NCBI GenBank assembly: GCA_041560205.1
Contig: JBFFBV010000015.1
Location: 1,571-65,570, forward strand
Source: Candidatus Sulfomarinibacter sp.
GTDB taxonomy: Bacteria; Acidobacteriota; Thermoanaerobaculia; Thermoanaerobaculales; Sulfomarinibacteraceae
DNA: 64,000 bases
Reading direction: 5' to 3'
A model generated the notes under the pieces. It was not told the origin of the DNA, did not search any database, and saw nothing but the letters and a program-made list of their open reading frames with translations. Within the stretch, counting starts at the first letter, position 1. Each line of letters opens with the position of its first letter. A program made the position numbers and the translations under genes. This document shows positions 63,188 to 64,000 of this stretch, in pieces.

Positions 63188-64000
63188 TCAGGAGGTCGAC
63201 GCTGCGACCGGCGAGGCCGACGATTGACTCCTCGCCCGGCCGTACTCGGCAGTGCTCGCGACCGCGTCGATCGCCTCTTCGATCTCCTCATCGGTGGTGA
63301 AGACACCGGGTGAAAACCGGACCGTGCCGTGGTCATCAATGGTGCCGATACCCTCGTGGACCCGGGGAGCGCAGTGGAGTCCGGTTCTCGTGATGACGTC
63401 GTGCTCGACATCGAGGAACGTCCCCGTCTGGTCGGCCGGGAGGCCGTCGATGTTGAAGACGAAGACCGGAAGATGGTCGTGATCGAGATCGGCGCAGTAG
63501 AGCGAGACGCCTTCGATGGCGGATAGCCCCTCGTGGAGTCGCCGAGCATGGCGCATCTCGTGCTCGTAGATCGCCTCCACGCCGCCGCGACCCGCAATCC
63601 ACTTCTGGGCCGCGAGCAGACCGGCCACGCCCATGGTGTTGACCGTGCCGAACTCCATTCGCCACGGATAGGCCTCCGGCTGGTGTTTGAGGGCGCTCAT
63701 GACGCCCGTGCCGCCGGCGCGACAGGGCTCGAGTTCCACGTGCTCACAGATGTACATGCCACCGGTGCCCGAAGGCCCGAAGAGTGACTTGTGACCGGTA
63801 AAGCAGACGACGTCGATGTTCATCGTCGCCACGTCGATCGGGATCAGACCTGCGGTCTGGGCGGCGTCGATCGCAAACAGGACCCCGCGCTCACGACAAA
63901 GGCGCCCGACCGCGGCCACCGGTTGGATCGTTCCGATGACGTTGGATCCGTGGTTCATGACGACGAGCCTGGTCTCCGGCCGGATGAGGTGGGCGATGTC
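63188..64000 (-). CDS. Class V aminotransferase / cysteine-desulfurase-family enzyme, 5' end outside window
   Basis: PLP-lysine motif FTGHKSLFGPSGTGGMY, with RTGLHCAP near the C-terminus. The frame is open to the window edge. Confidence 0.8.
   Translation of the reverse strand, partial: DIAHLIRPETRLVVMNHGSNVIGTIQPVAAVGRLCRERGVLFAIDAAQTAGLIPIDVATMNIDVVCFTGHKSLFGPSGTGGMYICEHVELEPCRAGGTGVMSALKHQPEAYPWRMEFGTVNTMGVAGLLAAQKWIAGRGGVEAIYEHEMRHARRLHEGLSAIEGVSLYCADLDHDHLPVFVFNIDGLPADQTGTFLDVEHDVITRTGLHCAPRVHEGIGTIDDHGTVRFSPGVFTTDEEIEEAIDAVASTAEYGRARSQSSASPVAASTS

Overview
GC-rich chromosomal segment from a diderm bacterium, judged from ExbB/ExbD/TonB genes, a TonB-dependent receptor, lipoboxes and Tat components. 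I call about 63 tightly packed protein-coding genes, many with overlapping stop and start codons. I found no rRNA, tRNA, CRISPR array, transposase or integrase. All family calls come from motifs read by eye in the ORF translations; no searches were run. Because of the GC content, most real genes carry long Arg/Pro/Gly-rich antisense ORFs, which I rejected. Housekeeping content: selB, serS, glnA, glyA-rpiB-dgt-folC-accD, yebC-ruvC, ftsEX, rlmN, tatA, bolA, ubiX/ubiA. The main feature is a complete clade II (atypical) nitrous-oxide reductase locus at about 25.8-41.6 kb. It runs: divergent Rrf2 regulator with palindromic operators, a cytoplasmic GltD/NfnB-like NAD(P)H Fe-S flavoprotein, Rieske protein, cytochrome b6-type protein, pentahaem cytochrome c, lipoprotein NosZ, NosB-like protein, unknown lipoprotein, NosD, NosF, extended NosL, NosY, a Cys-rich small ORF, and an OprC/NosA-like copper TonB receptor. 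The flavoprotein joined to a Rieske/cyt b module directly upstream of nosZ is the most novel-looking element. Other accessory regions worth a second look: (1) a histidine kinase operon with three stand-alone receivers, a TSUP permease, an unknown membrane protein and a PEP-synthase-like swivel-His enzyme (16.8-24.6 kb); (2) divergent cytidylate-kinase-like paralogues with CBS protein, DASS transporter and beta-carbonic anhydrase (11.8-16.7 kb); (3) a 957-aa pseudo-receiver / Ser-Thr kinase / TM / Pro-Thr repeat / TonB_C fusion (47.4-50.3 kb); (4) an ExbB-ExbD-ExbD-TonB-DUF4388-TPR cluster. Several intergenic simple repeats, G-tract clusters and long hairpins are also listed.
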